Shown here: positions 1-9,631 of the stretch, piece after piece
Layout: each line of letters starts with the position of its first letter
Position numbering within the stretch: position 1 is the stretch's first letter
DNA from: an uncultured Chloroflexia bacterium
GTDB lineage: Bacteria > Chloroflexota > Anaerolineae > CG2-30-64-16
Direction of reading: 5' to 3'
Assembly: GCA_963774265.1 (NCBI GenBank)
Contig: CAVZDU010000010.1
Coordinates: 160,001 to 224,000 of the forward strand
DNA length: 64,000 nucleotides
Made by a program: the position numbers and the translations under genes
The notes under the pieces: model-generated
The model's input: only the letters and a program-made list of their open reading frames with translations
Database searches by the model: none
What the model was told of the DNA's origin: nothing

Positions 1-601
1 GCAGGTCGGCGGAGCGTGTTTCCTGGCTTGCCCGGATGGCATCGAAGACGACCGCACCGGGATCCGCGCCAGGAGCCTGGGCGATCACTTCCACGCCAGT
101 GCGCTCCCCCCAGATTTTGAGCTGATCGATCGCGGCTGCGCGGAAGGTGTCCGCCGCTGCTAACACGACCTTCTTGCCGCGCGCCTTGTAGTACCTTGCT
201 AATTTCGCAATGCTGGTGGTCTTGCCTGAACCATTCACGCCGACGATGAGCACCACGGTAAGCATGCGTGGCTCGGCAAGGTTCGTGAATGGCGCGTGAT
301 CCAACAAACGGACAAGTTCGTCCTTCAACGCGGTCTTGACATCCTCAGAGCGCTTGAGGTGTTCACGGTTCACGCGGTTGCGAAGTCGTTCGACGAGGCC
401 CATTGCTGTGTTGATGCCCAAATCCGCCTGGATGAGAATCTCCTCCAGCTCATCCCACGTCTCATCAGTGATTTCACTGGCCTGGAAAAGAGCCCCCACA
501 CGTCCGAAAAAGCCTTGCCGGGTCTTAGTGAGGCTGGCCTGGATCTTGACCTGGTCCTCGGCCTGTTGCTCGGGCGTTTTGCGAAAGAAGCCAAATGCCA
601 T
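1..601 (-). CDS. ftsY: SRP receptor FtsY (partial, runs off window start)
   Basis: Manual minus-strand translation from ATG 601: MAFGFFRK...[13 protein letters not shown]-like N domain, then [32 protein letters not shown] and [11 protein letters not shown], the SRP GTPase motifs. Not in the ORF track because there is no stop in the window. Confidence 0.95.
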   Translation of the reverse strand, partial: MAFGFFRKTPEQQAEDQVKIQASLTKTRQGFFGRVGALFQASEITDETWDELEEILIQADLGINTAMGLVERLRNRVNREHLKRSEDVKTALKDELVRLLDHAPFTNLAEPRMLTVVLIVGVNGSGKTTSIAKLARYYKARGKKVVLAAADTFRAAAIDQLKIWGERTGVEVIAQAPGADPGAVVFDAIRASQETRSADL

Positions 602-764
602 CCACTCACTCCTGGCCCCTCTCGGCCTGTCGTGTTGCGACAAAAGCCCCAGCCGGGGCGGGGCTGGGGCTGCCTTACTGATGGCGTCATTATACACGGG
701 GAAAAACGAATGACAAAGCGGCCCTGCTATGCTATACTCGCAGCGATCCAATGGAGGCGAAGGG

Positions 765-1499
765 ATGCAGGACGTAGACGAAATCGTGGATGCGTTTGCA
801 GAGCGCAATGGGTTATCATTCAGGAGCCGGGTGCTTCTGCGCACGGCGTTGACTCACCGGTCATACCTCAACGAGCACGCGGACGTCGACTGGGAGGACA
901 ACGAACGGCTGGAATACTTGGGCGATGCTGTATTGGATTTCATGCTGGCCGATTATCTCTATGAGAGTTTCCCCCACGCCCCCGAAGGCGAGCTGACAGC
1001 GCTGCGCGCAGCTCTAGTGCGTCGGGAGACGCTATCCCGCCTGGCGATGCGACTGGATGTCGGGTCAGCTCTTCTGATGGGTCACGGCGAGGTGGAGACC
1101 GGCGGACGCCAGCGGTCTGCGACGCTATGTGCTGCTTTTGAGGCGTTGGTGGGGGCGCTGTATCTCGACCAGGATCTCAGCGCAGTGTCCGATTGGGTGC
1201 TGCCGATGATGCATGCGGAGCTGGCCGCGGCGAAGATCGAAGTGGTGGACAAAGACCCGAAGAGTCGGCTTCAGGAGATGGCGCAGGCGGCCCTTGGCGT
1301 AACCCCCCGCTATCGTACGGTGGCCGCGGATGGGCCGGACCATGCCAAGATCTTCCGCGTGCAGGTGGCGATTGGCGAGGCAATGTGCGGAGAAGGCGAG
1401 GGTCCCAGCAAGCAGCTTGCCGCCCAGAGCGCCGCGCTGGATGCACTTGCGCGCGTTGAGGAGTGGCGCGGTGAGCGCAAGCCGGTCGCAAGCGATTGA
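765..1499 (+). CDS. rnc: Ribonuclease III
   Basis: [19 protein letters not shown] signature, [11 protein letters not shown], and a C-terminal dsRBD (DPKSRLQE...GPDHAKIF...GEGPSK). GGAGG lies upstream of ATG 765. Confidence 0.97.
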   Translation: MQDVDEIVDAFAERNGLSFRSRVLLRTALTHRSYLNEHADVDWEDNERLEYLGDAVLDFMLADYLYESFPHAPEGELTALRAALVRRETLSRLAMRLDVGSALLMGHGEVETGGRQRSATLCAAFEALVGALYLDQDLSAVSDWVLPMMHAELAAAKIEVVDKDPKSRLQEMAQAALGVTPRYRTVAADGPDHAKIFRVQVAIGEAMCGEGEGPSKQLAAQSAALDALARVEEWRGERKPVASD

Positions 1500-2825
1500 G
1501 TGAGCAGGCGAATTCGCGCCGGCGCAATTCGCTTGCTATTGAACCTATGACGCCTCGTTCGATGCCGGCTCCGTAGCCTAGCCTGATTCGAGCCCGAGCA
1601 ATTCGCGGCAGGCGCGGAAGCTGAGTGGCCAGTCCCCGAGCGACAGGCCGGGCGCCGCGCATCGCCAATTCTAATGCGCGATCAGCGACGCGAGCTGCCG
1701 CGTCGGGTCGTCCCAGCTTGCGAGCGCGTTGGGCGGTCGCATGGAGGGCTTCCGCGTCCTCATCCAGCCAGTGGAAAACTTGCACCAAGGCCTCGGCTGG
1801 GTCTTCGACCAGGACGCCGGCCCCGCCATTCACTACGTACTCTGCGTTGCCCGTTTCTTGTCCTGGGATGGCTTCTGCCAGCAGTAATGGCAGTCCCACC
1901 GCGAGCGCCTCTGAGACGATGAGCCCCCCCGCCTTGCAGACGAGGAAGTCGGCCGCCTGCATCATCTCCCACATGTTGTCGACATAACCGTATATGTGCG
2001 CCGGTTGATGCCACTGCTCGGCTACCAGCCGGCCGCGGCAGCTCTTCGTCGCCGCCGCTGACAATGGACAACTCCAGGGGCAGACCGGAGTGGTTGAGGA
2101 TCCGCGCCACGGGCTCCAACTTCTTCACTCGCTTCCCGCCGCTGCAGAGGCCAACATACCGATCGGTGCGCCAGCCCAACTTGGCGCGGCAGGGCAGCCT
2201 TGTCGCATGGAAGCGCCAGGTTAGGGTTGACGGGGAGTCCGGTTATCTCGACGCGGTCGGCCGCAAGGCCGCTTTCGAGTGCCTTATCCGCCACGGCTTG
2301 GGTCGGCACAAGGCAGGCTTCTGCACTCTCGTGGAACCACAATCGATGCACCGAGACCAGGTCCGTCACCACGGTCAGGAAAGGTGCACCGCGACGCGAT
2401 AGCGCATTGAGAGCGGCCAACGGGGCCTGGTACAGCGGGTACGTGGTTACTACGACATCCGGCTCGTACTCGCCCAGGATATCCCGCAGCACGCCAAACA
2501 GCATCATAGTTAGCGCCTGCTCGGCGATTCCTGCTGGAATCGCTCCATCCGACGCCTGGTAGCCGACCCGGTACAGGTCGGGTGAGTTTTGGATCATGCG
2601 GTCGTAGTCGTCCTGGGCAGAAACCAGTAAGCCAGGCGCACCAGCATGGTCCAGGGGGTTAACGATAGTCACTTCACAGCGGTCCGCGTAGCGTGCTTTG
2701 GCTGCGCTAGCGATTGCGTTGGCCGCGGCTTTATGGCCGAAACCAGCGTCAGCAGACAGGATGAGGATACGCTTCCGTCGGTCGGCCGCCGCGGGCCCAT
2801 GGCTTTGATCAGATGGTCTTCTCAT
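1500..2825 (-). CDS. MGDG synthase/UgtP-like diacylglycerol glycosyltransferase (GT28-like), frameshifted
   Basis: ILILSADAGFGHKAAA, PDVVVTTYP, VVTD...HRLW, TGLPV, GYVDNMWEMMQAADFLVCKAGGLIVSEALA and PGQETGNA are spread over three frames (ORFs 2022-2852, 1760-2179, 1177-2064). The 3' end is approximate. Confidence 0.85.
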
Positions 2826-3930
2826 AGATCCGATGCCTCTTATAAATCTCACCGCCCATCGTCTTGGTATCTTCCACGGTCAACACGTGTTCTTCCATCT
2901 GCACCAGGTCGGCATGTTCGAAACCGCCGCTGTGCATAGTCTTCTCCATCTCAACGTACAGGATCGCATTGACGCCAAGGCCGCGATAGGGAGCCAGGAT
3001 GCCTGCGCCGTTAAGATTAATCCACTTCGTGCGCTTCATCTCACGCAACAGCCAAAACCAGCCGAATGGCCAGATCCGGCCGTTTGCGCGGCGAATGCCT
3101 TCGGAGATATCTGGGAAGCCAAGCAGGAAGCCCGCGATGGCATCGCCTTTCATGACCAATTTGATCAACTTCGGCGCCGCGATCTGCATCAGGCGGTCGC
3201 CGATGACTTTGGCTTCAGCGTCAGTCACTGGGTTGAATTCCCAGTTGTCCAGGAAGGTCTCGTTGTAGGTTCGAACGATCGCGGGGATCCACGCGCGCAA
3301 CTCGGACTTATCCCGGAAGGTGCGAATGGAGAAGCCGCGCCGCTCCATCATCTTGTCCGCGATTTGATGCACGCGTTCCGGGAGGACTGAGTCGGCGCGC
3401 AGGTAGGCGGAGAGAAAATCGCGCTGCCCGCGATAACCGGCTGCCTCTATGAGTCGTCCGTAGTAAGCATGATTGTATGGAATGCCTACCGCAGGGTGAT
3501 GTTGGAAGCCCTCGACGAGCACACCGATGCCGTCGCCCTGTAGAAAGCCTTTTGCACCGACGATCTTGTCTAGGCCGCGTTCCCTGGCCCAGGACTCGAT
3601 CCCGGCGAAGAGAGCTGCGGTGGCTTCAATGTCATCAAACGAATCGAAAAGGTAGAAGAATGCAGTGTGGGCGCCCCAGTGCTGATTGTAGTGGCGATTC
3701 TCCAGGACTGCGATCCGAGCCACATCTCGCCCGTCTCGTTGGGCCATGAAGAAATCAGCGTCGGAGTGCTCGTAAAATGGATAGCGCTGCCGATTGAGCA
3801 TGAGCCGTGTGTCGTCGACCAGAGGTGGAACCCACTGCGGGCAGTCACGATAGATGGCAAATGGAAGCCTCACAAATCGGTCCACCTCGCGACGAGAGGA
3901 AGTATCAACCTTGGAAACATTTACAATCAT
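2809..3930 (-). CDS. YghO-like GNAT N-acyltransferase (bacterial ceramide synthase bCerS-like family)
   Basis: FVRLPFAIYRDCPQWVPPL, PYNHAYY, YNETFLDNWEFNPVT, FPDISEG...NGRIWPFGW and IYKRHRIYEK are characteristic of this family. Confidence 0.75.
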   Translation of the reverse strand: MIVNVSKVDTSSRREVDRFVRLPFAIYRDCPQWVPPLVDDTRLMLNRQRYPFYEHSDADFFMAQRDGRDVARIAVLENRHYNQHWGAHTAFFYLFDSFDDIEATAALFAGIESWARERGLDKIVGAKGFLQGDGIGVLVEGFQHHPAVGIPYNHAYYGRLIEAAGYRGQRDFLSAYLRADSVLPERVHQIADKMMERRGFSIRTFRDKSELRAWIPAIVRTYNETFLDNWEFNPVTDAEAKVIGDRLMQIAAPKLIKLVMKGDAIAGFLLGFPDISEGIRRANGRIWPFGWFWLLREMKRTKWINLNGAGILAPYRGLGVNAILYVEMEKTMHSGGFEHADLVQMEEHVLTVEDTKTMGGEIYKRHRIYEKTI

Positions 3931-3939
3931 TGTATTGAC

Positions 3940-4782
3940 TCAGCCCGGTGTAAAGAAGCCGAACGCTAACGTCCCGGGTCCGGCGTGGGTGATGATTGCA
4001 GGCGCCAAGTCGGCGACCATCACGTCAGGCACACCCAGTGACTGCTTGAGGTCAGCTGCCAGTTCTTCCGCCTCTCGCCGCGCTGCAGCGTGCATAACCG
4101 AAACATGGGCATCGGGTTCACGACTTGCCTCACTCAGGATCAGTTCCTTGATGCGCGCCAGCGCCTTCTTCTTGGTGCGTTCGCGCTCGAATTGATCAAC
4201 CCGGCCGTCGCGAAAGGTGAGAATCGGCTTGATCTGCAAGACCGTACCGATAAGGGCTTGTGCGCCACCCACGCGCCCCCCTCGGCGCAGGAACTCCATG
4301 GTATCAACCATGAAGTAGATACGGGCACGCGGCATCAGGCTTCGTACGCGGGCCTCGACCTCGTCTGCGCTTGCTCCCTGCTTGGCAAGTTTATCCGCCT
4401 CGAGAACCATGCCGCCCAGGGGGCCGACCACGCTTCGTGTGTCGATGATGCGAATGTCAGCCGATGGAAAGCTTTGGCGCGCTATTTCTGCTGAGCGTAC
4501 CGTGCCGCTGACATCTGACGACGGATGGACGCATACGACGCTCTCGCCGGCTTGGACGCATTGCTGGAACACCTCGATAAAGTCGCCCGGGTAGGGGGCA
4601 GCGGTTTTGGGAAGCGCCTTGCCGCTGAGCAACCGTTCCATGAAGCCGGCGGCGTCGATGTCGACACCTTCGCGGAAGGAGTCCTCGCCGAAGTTGATTA
4701 CCTGGGGAATCATCGGGATGTTGAGCGGCCGATAGATTTCTGGGGGCAGCACGCAGGTGGTGTCCGCCACGACGCGGGTCAT
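3940..4782 (-). CDS. DegV family fatty-acid-binding protein (FakB-like)
   Basis: VVADTTC, LPKTAAP, SSDVSGT, IDTRS, FMVDTMEFLRRGGRVG, IKPIL and HAGPGTL. Confidence 0.95.
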   Translation of the reverse strand: MTRVVADTTCVLPPEIYRPLNIPMIPQVINFGEDSFREGVDIDAAGFMERLLSGKALPKTAAPYPGDFIEVFQQCVQAGESVVCVHPSSDVSGTVRSAEIARQSFPSADIRIIDTRSVVGPLGGMVLEADKLAKQGASADEVEARVRSLMPRARIYFMVDTMEFLRRGGRVGGAQALIGTVLQIKPILTFRDGRVDQFERERTKKKALARIKELILSEASREPDAHVSVMHAAARREAEELAADLKQSLGVPDVMVADLAPAIITHAGPGTLAFGFFTPG

Positions 4783-4873
4783 GATTGCCTCCTTGCAGTG
4801 AAATGAGCGAATAATGGATTCTACCACACTTCTGCCTGGAGCGACCCGTGTTTACGCGTCTGTGTGGGTTGCT

Positions 4874-7294
4874 CTATTCCGATCGCCAGTACAGATAGGC
4901 ATCATTCGCATAGTCAAAGAAGCAATCGGGACCTTCGCAGCGGACGCGGAATTCGACCTGTTGTCCGGAGCGGACGGGCCATTGAACTGGCCCATTATCG
5001 CCCAGGTCAATAATGGATTGCGGTAGGTGTAACGTCATCGTGCTCTGGCTGTAGCCCGATGCGCCTGTGAAAAGAAGGTGCAGGCCATCGATTGTGATGT
5101 CATAACCTGGCTGATCGCCTTGTTCGGATGAGCTTATATCTGTTCGTCTGGATACTTCATTGACGATGCCCTGGCCGATCACCTCCGTGTTTCCAAGAGG
5201 GGGAGGGGTGCCTCCGAACAAAACGATCTCCTTGATGGTGGCTGTTCCGGCCGTGTCAGTAATCTCCAGGGTGTAGTATTGGGTGTCCGTAGGGCAGGCC
5301 TGTTGGGTGCCTACGCCAACAACGCCTTCACCATCCAGATAAACGGTGAGTACGTTCTTCACCCGCCAATGTAGGGTTGTGCATCCCTGCTCAGGCAGCG
5401 TGTATTGCTCAGCCCAGAAAGCCACGTCGACGTCGCTTTCTGTTCCTGCTATCACGGCGATGGTCAGGCGCTTCGTCGTGGTTACACCGGCGCTGTCCAG
5501 TACGGTCAGAGTATAGTCTGTAGTCTGGGTAGGGCACTCTTCTTTTGTTGCGATACCAGCGACGCCTTGGCCGTTTAGGCGCACCTCTTTGACGTTTATA
5601 GCGCTCCAGCGTAGGGTCGTACAGGCGCCCGAAGCTACCTGCACTTTATCCGCAGTGAACACAACCGCAGGCTGCCCCGAAGCAGACACTTGCACAGTCA
5701 CAGTGTAGTCTTGCGTGCCAGAACTGCTGGTCACCCGTAAAGTATAGGTGGTAGTCTGTGGGGGGCACACGTCTTTGGCGTTGTTGCCGGTGGTCGCCTG
5801 TCCGTCGATGTACACCGAGATCACATTGTCGATTTGCCAATGGACAACTGTACATTCCCCGGGCGTGAGGATGGGCTTGTCGGCCCAGAACACGGTGCTC
5901 TGATCAGTCCGAGTAGGGGTCAAAGTGACAGCGTTGACCAGTGTAGGAGTAAACGTCGCTGTTGGTGTCACGGCGGGCTGCCCGTTGGTGGCTGGTGTCG
6001 GTCGCCGGGTCGGCACGGTTGGCGGCTGGATCGCGCTCGGCGTCAGGGCCGCGACGACGGCGGGCGTGCCCACGGGTTCCTGTCCGGGCGGCAGCGTCGC
6101 GGTCGGTCGCGCCGCGAGCTGAATGCTCACCTCGTTGCTGACCGCTATCCATTCGCCGTCGCGTTGCACCTCGAGGATGATGCGATAATCGCCGACGCCT
6201 CCTTGATCCACGATGGGCTGGAGGGCCAACGTGGGACCGCGCGCCTCTGGCGTCTGGAAGGTCAGTCCGTTGAGTAGGATTTTCCATCGCAAGGCCAGGC
6301 GGTCTTCCTGCAGGACAACGGGGCGCACCACTTCCATGTTTTGGATCAGGATTGGCAGAACCTGGGTGTATTCCACGCCGGTACTGATGCGCCGGGTTGG
6401 GGTTGCTGCATCATCGACCGTCAGGGAGACGTAAAAGCGCGTATTGATGCCTGGGTCAAGGGCAAGCAGGCCGGGCACCAGATCAAAGACATGGGAAAAC
6501 TCGATCACGCCATGGCTCTGGCTAGGATCTGGCTTGAACCATAGCGTTTCCTCGTCGACTGTGGTGTCTTGATCCGGATCGCCGGCCACCTGGCCTGCGC
6601 CGCCTGATGTGTCCTGCTTGAGCACCAGTCGTGCAGGAACCAGCTCGTTCTGAAGTGCTGGTATCGCCGAGAAGCGGTACTGGCCGACCACCGTCAACGG
6701 TACTGATTGCTGCCCGGGCAGGGTTTCTGGCTTGATCAGCGCAATCGAGGCATCTGCCAACCGCCAGCGGCCCAGGATGGCGAATATGCCGGGGTCATTC
6801 ACCCCGAATTGGATGCCACCCGTCACGTCGCGTGCCGTGACTCGCTCCCACGTCCTTCCCGTCCAACGGTAGGGCGCAAACTCGTACTGATCCGGCGTCA
6901 CACCGGGCGCCAGCGGCAGGCGCAACAGGGCGACGCCGGTCAATTCGGAGCCATCGATAAGCAACTCGTAGGCGGCTCCGATCATACTCATAGGGACAGG
7001 AACGGCAGGGACCTCCTGCGCGGTGCGGAGCGTGACCGTTGCGTTCTGGGCGAGCGACCCCGGCGGCAGGGTAGCTTGCGTCCCATCTTGCAGGCCAATC
7101 GTGCCGCCCTTGTCCTTGTCCACCTCTGCGACCGCCTCATCGGGCGGCATCTCCTCGCGGCTGAACGGCGGCACGACCGCCGGTGCCGGGGTGGAGGTTG
7201 GGGTGCTGCGCGAGCAACCGGTGACCCATATGAGTACGGCGCATGCCAACAGCATCGCGCCAACACGTGCAGGGATAATACGTTTCTTCATCAT
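4874..7294 (-). CDS. Large secreted lipoprotein with Pro/Thr linker and three Cys-paired Ig-like repeats
   Basis: Lipobox (LIWVTG-C), a ZU5-like GGTI..DG...LPPGSL segment, a PT-rich linker, and three repeats F(W/T)A....GxCTxxxWxxxNVxxVxxxGxxxxG...CP..TxxYTL. Confidence 0.75.
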   Translation of the reverse strand: MMKKRIIPARVGAMLLACAVLIWVTGCSRSTPTSTPAPAVVPPFSREEMPPDEAVAEVDKDKGGTIGLQDGTQATLPPGSLAQNATVTLRTAQEVPAVPVPMSMIGAAYELLIDGSELTGVALLRLPLAPGVTPDQYEFAPYRWTGRTWERVTARDVTGGIQFGVNDPGIFAILGRWRLADASIALIKPETLPGQQSVPLTVVGQYRFSAIPALQNELVPARLVLKQDTSGGAGQVAGDPDQDTTVDEETLWFKPDPSQSHGVIEFSHVFDLVPGLLALDPGINTRFYVSLTVDDAATPTRRISTGVEYTQVLPILIQNMEVVRPVVLQEDRLALRWKILLNGLTFQTPEARGPTLALQPIVDQGGVGDYRIILEVQRDGEWIAVSNEVSIQLAARPTATLPPGQEPVGTPAVVAALTPSAIQPPTVPTRRPTPATNGQPAVTPTATFTPTLVNAVTLTPTRTDQSTVFWADKPILTPGECTVVHWQIDNVISVYIDGQATTGNNAKDVCPPQTTTYTLRVTSSSGTQDYTVTVQVSASGQPAVVFTADKVQVASGACTTLRWSAINVKEVRLNGQGVAGIATKEECPTQTTDYTLTVLDSAGVTTTKRLTIAVIAGTESDVDVAFWAEQYTLPEQGCTTLHWRVKNVLTVYLDGEGVVGVGTQQACPTDTQYYTLEITDTAGTATIKEIVLFGGTPPPLGNTEVIGQGIVNEVSRRTDISSSEQGDQPGYDITIDGLHLLFTGASGYSQSTMTLHLPQSIIDLGDNGPVQWPVRSGQQVEFRVRCEGPDCFFDYANDAYLYWRSE

Positions 7295-7516
7295 TGTATC
7301 AAACGTGATCAAAAGCGCCGTCGTTACGGTCGCCTGGATCCAGGAACACAATCCAATGCCACTTTCCTCAAGAGTCTAGCTTTCAGGACGGGTCTTGTCA
7401 ACATTTTGGTATAATAGCCCCCAATAATTCGATAGTGAGGATTTCATGTCGCCAGTCAGGATCACGTTGCCAGTTCTCCCGGCGCGGGGACACAAACGCA
7501 TGCAGACCCATCCGGC

Positions 7517-8380
7517 ATGACTCGCCTGGCGTTGTTGTCCGATATCCACGCTAATCTGCCCGCGCTGGAGGCCGTCATCACAGACATCGACCGCCAGTCT
7601 CCTGATGCCGTGTATGTCTTGGGGGACATGATCAATGGCTGTGCGTGGCCCGCGGAAACACTGGATCGGATCATGTCCCGTGGCTGGCCCATGCTGATCG
7701 GCAACCATGATGACGCCGTACTGCAACTGGGTTCATCGCGCATGGAGTCTCGGTATGGTGATCGCCATTTCTACGCGACGCTTTGGTGGACTCGGTCGCG
7801 CTTGCAGCCTCGTCATCTGGCGCTCCTCGAGAGCTTGCCCGAGACGTTTGCCCTCACATTCTGGGATGCTCTTCCGGTGCGGCTGCTCCACGGTTTGCCG
7901 GGCAACTTCTTTGTTGGCTTTCGGCCGGATTCGACGAAAGAGTGGGCTCTGCGGTATCTTACATCCGTCGAAGAGCTTACTGTCGCCGATGGACACACGC
8001 ACTTTCCGATGGTGCGGACCATTGGAAAGTGGCAGGTGATCAATTGCGGCTCGGTCGGCGCCCCATATGATGGGGATGGCCGGGCCAGCTATGTTCTGAT
8101 GGATGGTTCTTTCGTCGGTTGGAATGTGAAGATTCGCCGAGTTGAGTTTGACCGGCGGCGCGTCGAAGAAGGCTATCTCACCTCCGGTTTGGCGGAGGAG
8201 GGCGGGGTGCTGGGTGCGATGTTCAACCGGACCGTGCTCACGGGACTGCCCTATGTATCCGATTTCACCTGGTGGGCTCGTCAGCAACCACCTGAGGTTA
8301 TCGGCGATCACCAGGGTGTACTCGCCCTGTATGATGCACAGTTTGGTCCTGGTCGTTGGGCATTTCCTCTGCCGGGCTAA
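7517..8380 (+). CDS. Metallophosphoesterase (calcineurin-like)
   Basis: SDIHAN, LGD, GNHD, HG, GHTH and NCGSVG motifs. Confidence 0.92.
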   Translation: MTRLALLSDIHANLPALEAVITDIDRQSPDAVYVLGDMINGCAWPAETLDRIMSRGWPMLIGNHDDAVLQLGSSRMESRYGDRHFYATLWWTRSRLQPRHLALLESLPETFALTFWDALPVRLLHGLPGNFFVGFRPDSTKEWALRYLTSVEELTVADGHTHFPMVRTIGKWQVINCGSVGAPYDGDGRASYVLMDGSFVGWNVKIRRVEFDRRRVEEGYLTSGLAEEGGVLGAMFNRTVLTGLPYVSDFTWWARQQPPEVIGDHQGVLALYDAQFGPGRWAFPLPG

Positions 8381-8450
8381 GCGCGAGTGTGGCGTTGCTC
8401 ACCACGAATAGTCCGTCTCTGGAATATACTGTTGTCACACGTGCCATGAG

Positions 8451-8654
8451 GTGTGTATGAATAAATCACGGGTCCTGCTCGCGATCCTATTGCTCATCCT
8501 TGGCCTGATACTCTGCGCATTCTCGGCGATCGTCGTCTTTGCCGTGATTCAGGTCGTGCGGAGCATTGGCCAGGTCTGGGTGCTTCCCCTACATGACCAC
8601 GTGGCAGCAACGTATATGGGCGTTGCCTTTCATAAGGCGTGGCCGCTGCGATGA
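8451..8654 (+). CDS. Small membrane protein
   Basis: Long hydrophobic stretch, co-oriented between neighbouring genes. Confidence 0.5.
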   Translation: MCMNKSRVLLAILLLILGLILCAFSAIVVFAVIQVVRSIGQVWVLPLHDHVAATYMGVAFHKAWPLR

Positions 8655-8662
8655 GGTGACAG

Positions 8663-9070
8663 ATGGCATTTTTTGAGGGACTGGTCGAGACCGAAGACGG
8701 TGTCAAGGTGGAGGTGACCACCCTCGGTGGTGAGGGTTTTTACATCATCGATGACCAGGGGTTCCGGCGGCATGTGGAGGCCGCAGCGATAGACCGCGTC
8801 GTTCTCGGGCAGTTCCTGGAGCAGATGCAGGAGCACCGTGACGAAGCCTCGCAGGCCATGTTGAAGCTCATGGGGAGCGAGGACCTTTTTACGAAGGCGG
8901 CAGTGGATTCGACGTTGAAGAACGTCAATGTGGACCAAATGCTCGGCCAGACATTGCCTTCAGATGCGCGGCAGTGGCTGGGCATGTTAGGCTTCCGGAT
9001 CGTAATCGATTATCACGGCGAGGTAATACGAGTGGACATGCCGGCAGCGCCAGAAATGGATGACGAATGA
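8663..9070 (+). CDS. Hypothetical acidic protein
   Basis: GAGGTG Shine-Dalgarno and a natural-looking 135-aa ORF; no family recognised. Confidence 0.75.
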   Translation: MAFFEGLVETEDGVKVEVTTLGGEGFYIIDDQGFRRHVEAAAIDRVVLGQFLEQMQEHRDEASQAMLKLMGSEDLFTKAAVDSTLKNVNVDQMLGQTLPSDARQWLGMLGFRIVIDYHGEVIRVDMPAAPEMDDE

Positions 9071-9073
9071 AGG

Positions 9074-9292
9074 GTGTTCGCAGTGTCTAGACTTTGGCGC
9101 AACCGCCGCACCATCTCACCCATCCTGAGCGAGCTTGGTTGTGGGCTGATCACGGTTATTGTCTTCACGCTGCCGCTCTGGGCGTTCAGCGCTGCGGCCC
9201 GCGGCCCGCGCTTCGCAGTGACGCTGTTCGTAGGGCTGCTTGTCGTCCTGGTAGCTATGGCCGTGGTCGGACGGCTGTTACGTCGAAGATAG
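9074..9292 (+). CDS. Small 2-TM membrane protein
   Basis: Two hydrophobic segments and an Arg-rich end; follows directly after the previous gene. Confidence 0.5.
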   Translation: MFAVSRLWRNRRTISPILSELGCGLITVIVFTLPLWAFSAAARGPRFAVTLFVGLLVVLVAMAVVGRLLRRR

Positions 9293-9308
9293 AAGGTTGT
9301 TTTTGTCC

Positions 9309-9336
9309 TTGACACAGGCTTACGCTGTGCTATACT
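9309..9336 (+). promoter_or_regulatory. sigma70-type promoter
   Basis: TTGACA-16nt-TATACT with a TGn extended -10, just upstream of the riboswitch. Confidence 0.7.
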
Positions 9337-9353
9337 TCACAGCGTAAACGCAT

Positions 9354-9511
9354 AGCACCTTCGGGGCAGGGTGAGGGTCACATGACCCAATTCCCGATCG
9401 GCGGTATGGCGCATTTCGCGTCGAGCCCGCGAGCGCATCCTCATTTTGAAAGGGTGTGCAGACCCGGTTAGAAGCCGGGGCCGACGGTACAGTCCGGATG
9501 AGAGAAGGTGA
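9354..9511 (+). ncRNA. FMN riboswitch (RFN element)
   Basis: CTTCGGGGCAGGGTGA..AATTCCCGATCGGCGGTA..AGCCCGCGAGC..GCCGACGGTACAGTCCGGATGAGAGAAG; P1 is CACCTTC/GAAGGTG. Confidence 0.95.
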
Positions 9512-9554
9512 GCGCGTAGGCCGTCCGTCGAGACGCGGACGAGGATCGCGCTTG

Positions 9555-9588
9555 GAGCCCCCGGGTGGATATGCCCTGGGGCTTTTTT
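9555..9588 (+). terminator. Riboswitch expression-platform terminator
   Basis: GAGCCCCCGGG...CCCTGGGGC followed by TTTTTT. Confidence 0.8.
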
Positions 9589-9631
9589 AATGGCCGCTGA
9601 TGCCGGTGTTGCACCAAAGCAGGGAAGACGC

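Noticed and set aside
296-964. Long antisense/alternative-frame ORFs (e.g. 296-964, 57623-58663, 49433-50431, 59388-60176)
   Set aside because: Shadow ORFs of real genes or RNAs in high-GC DNA, with no protein motifs.
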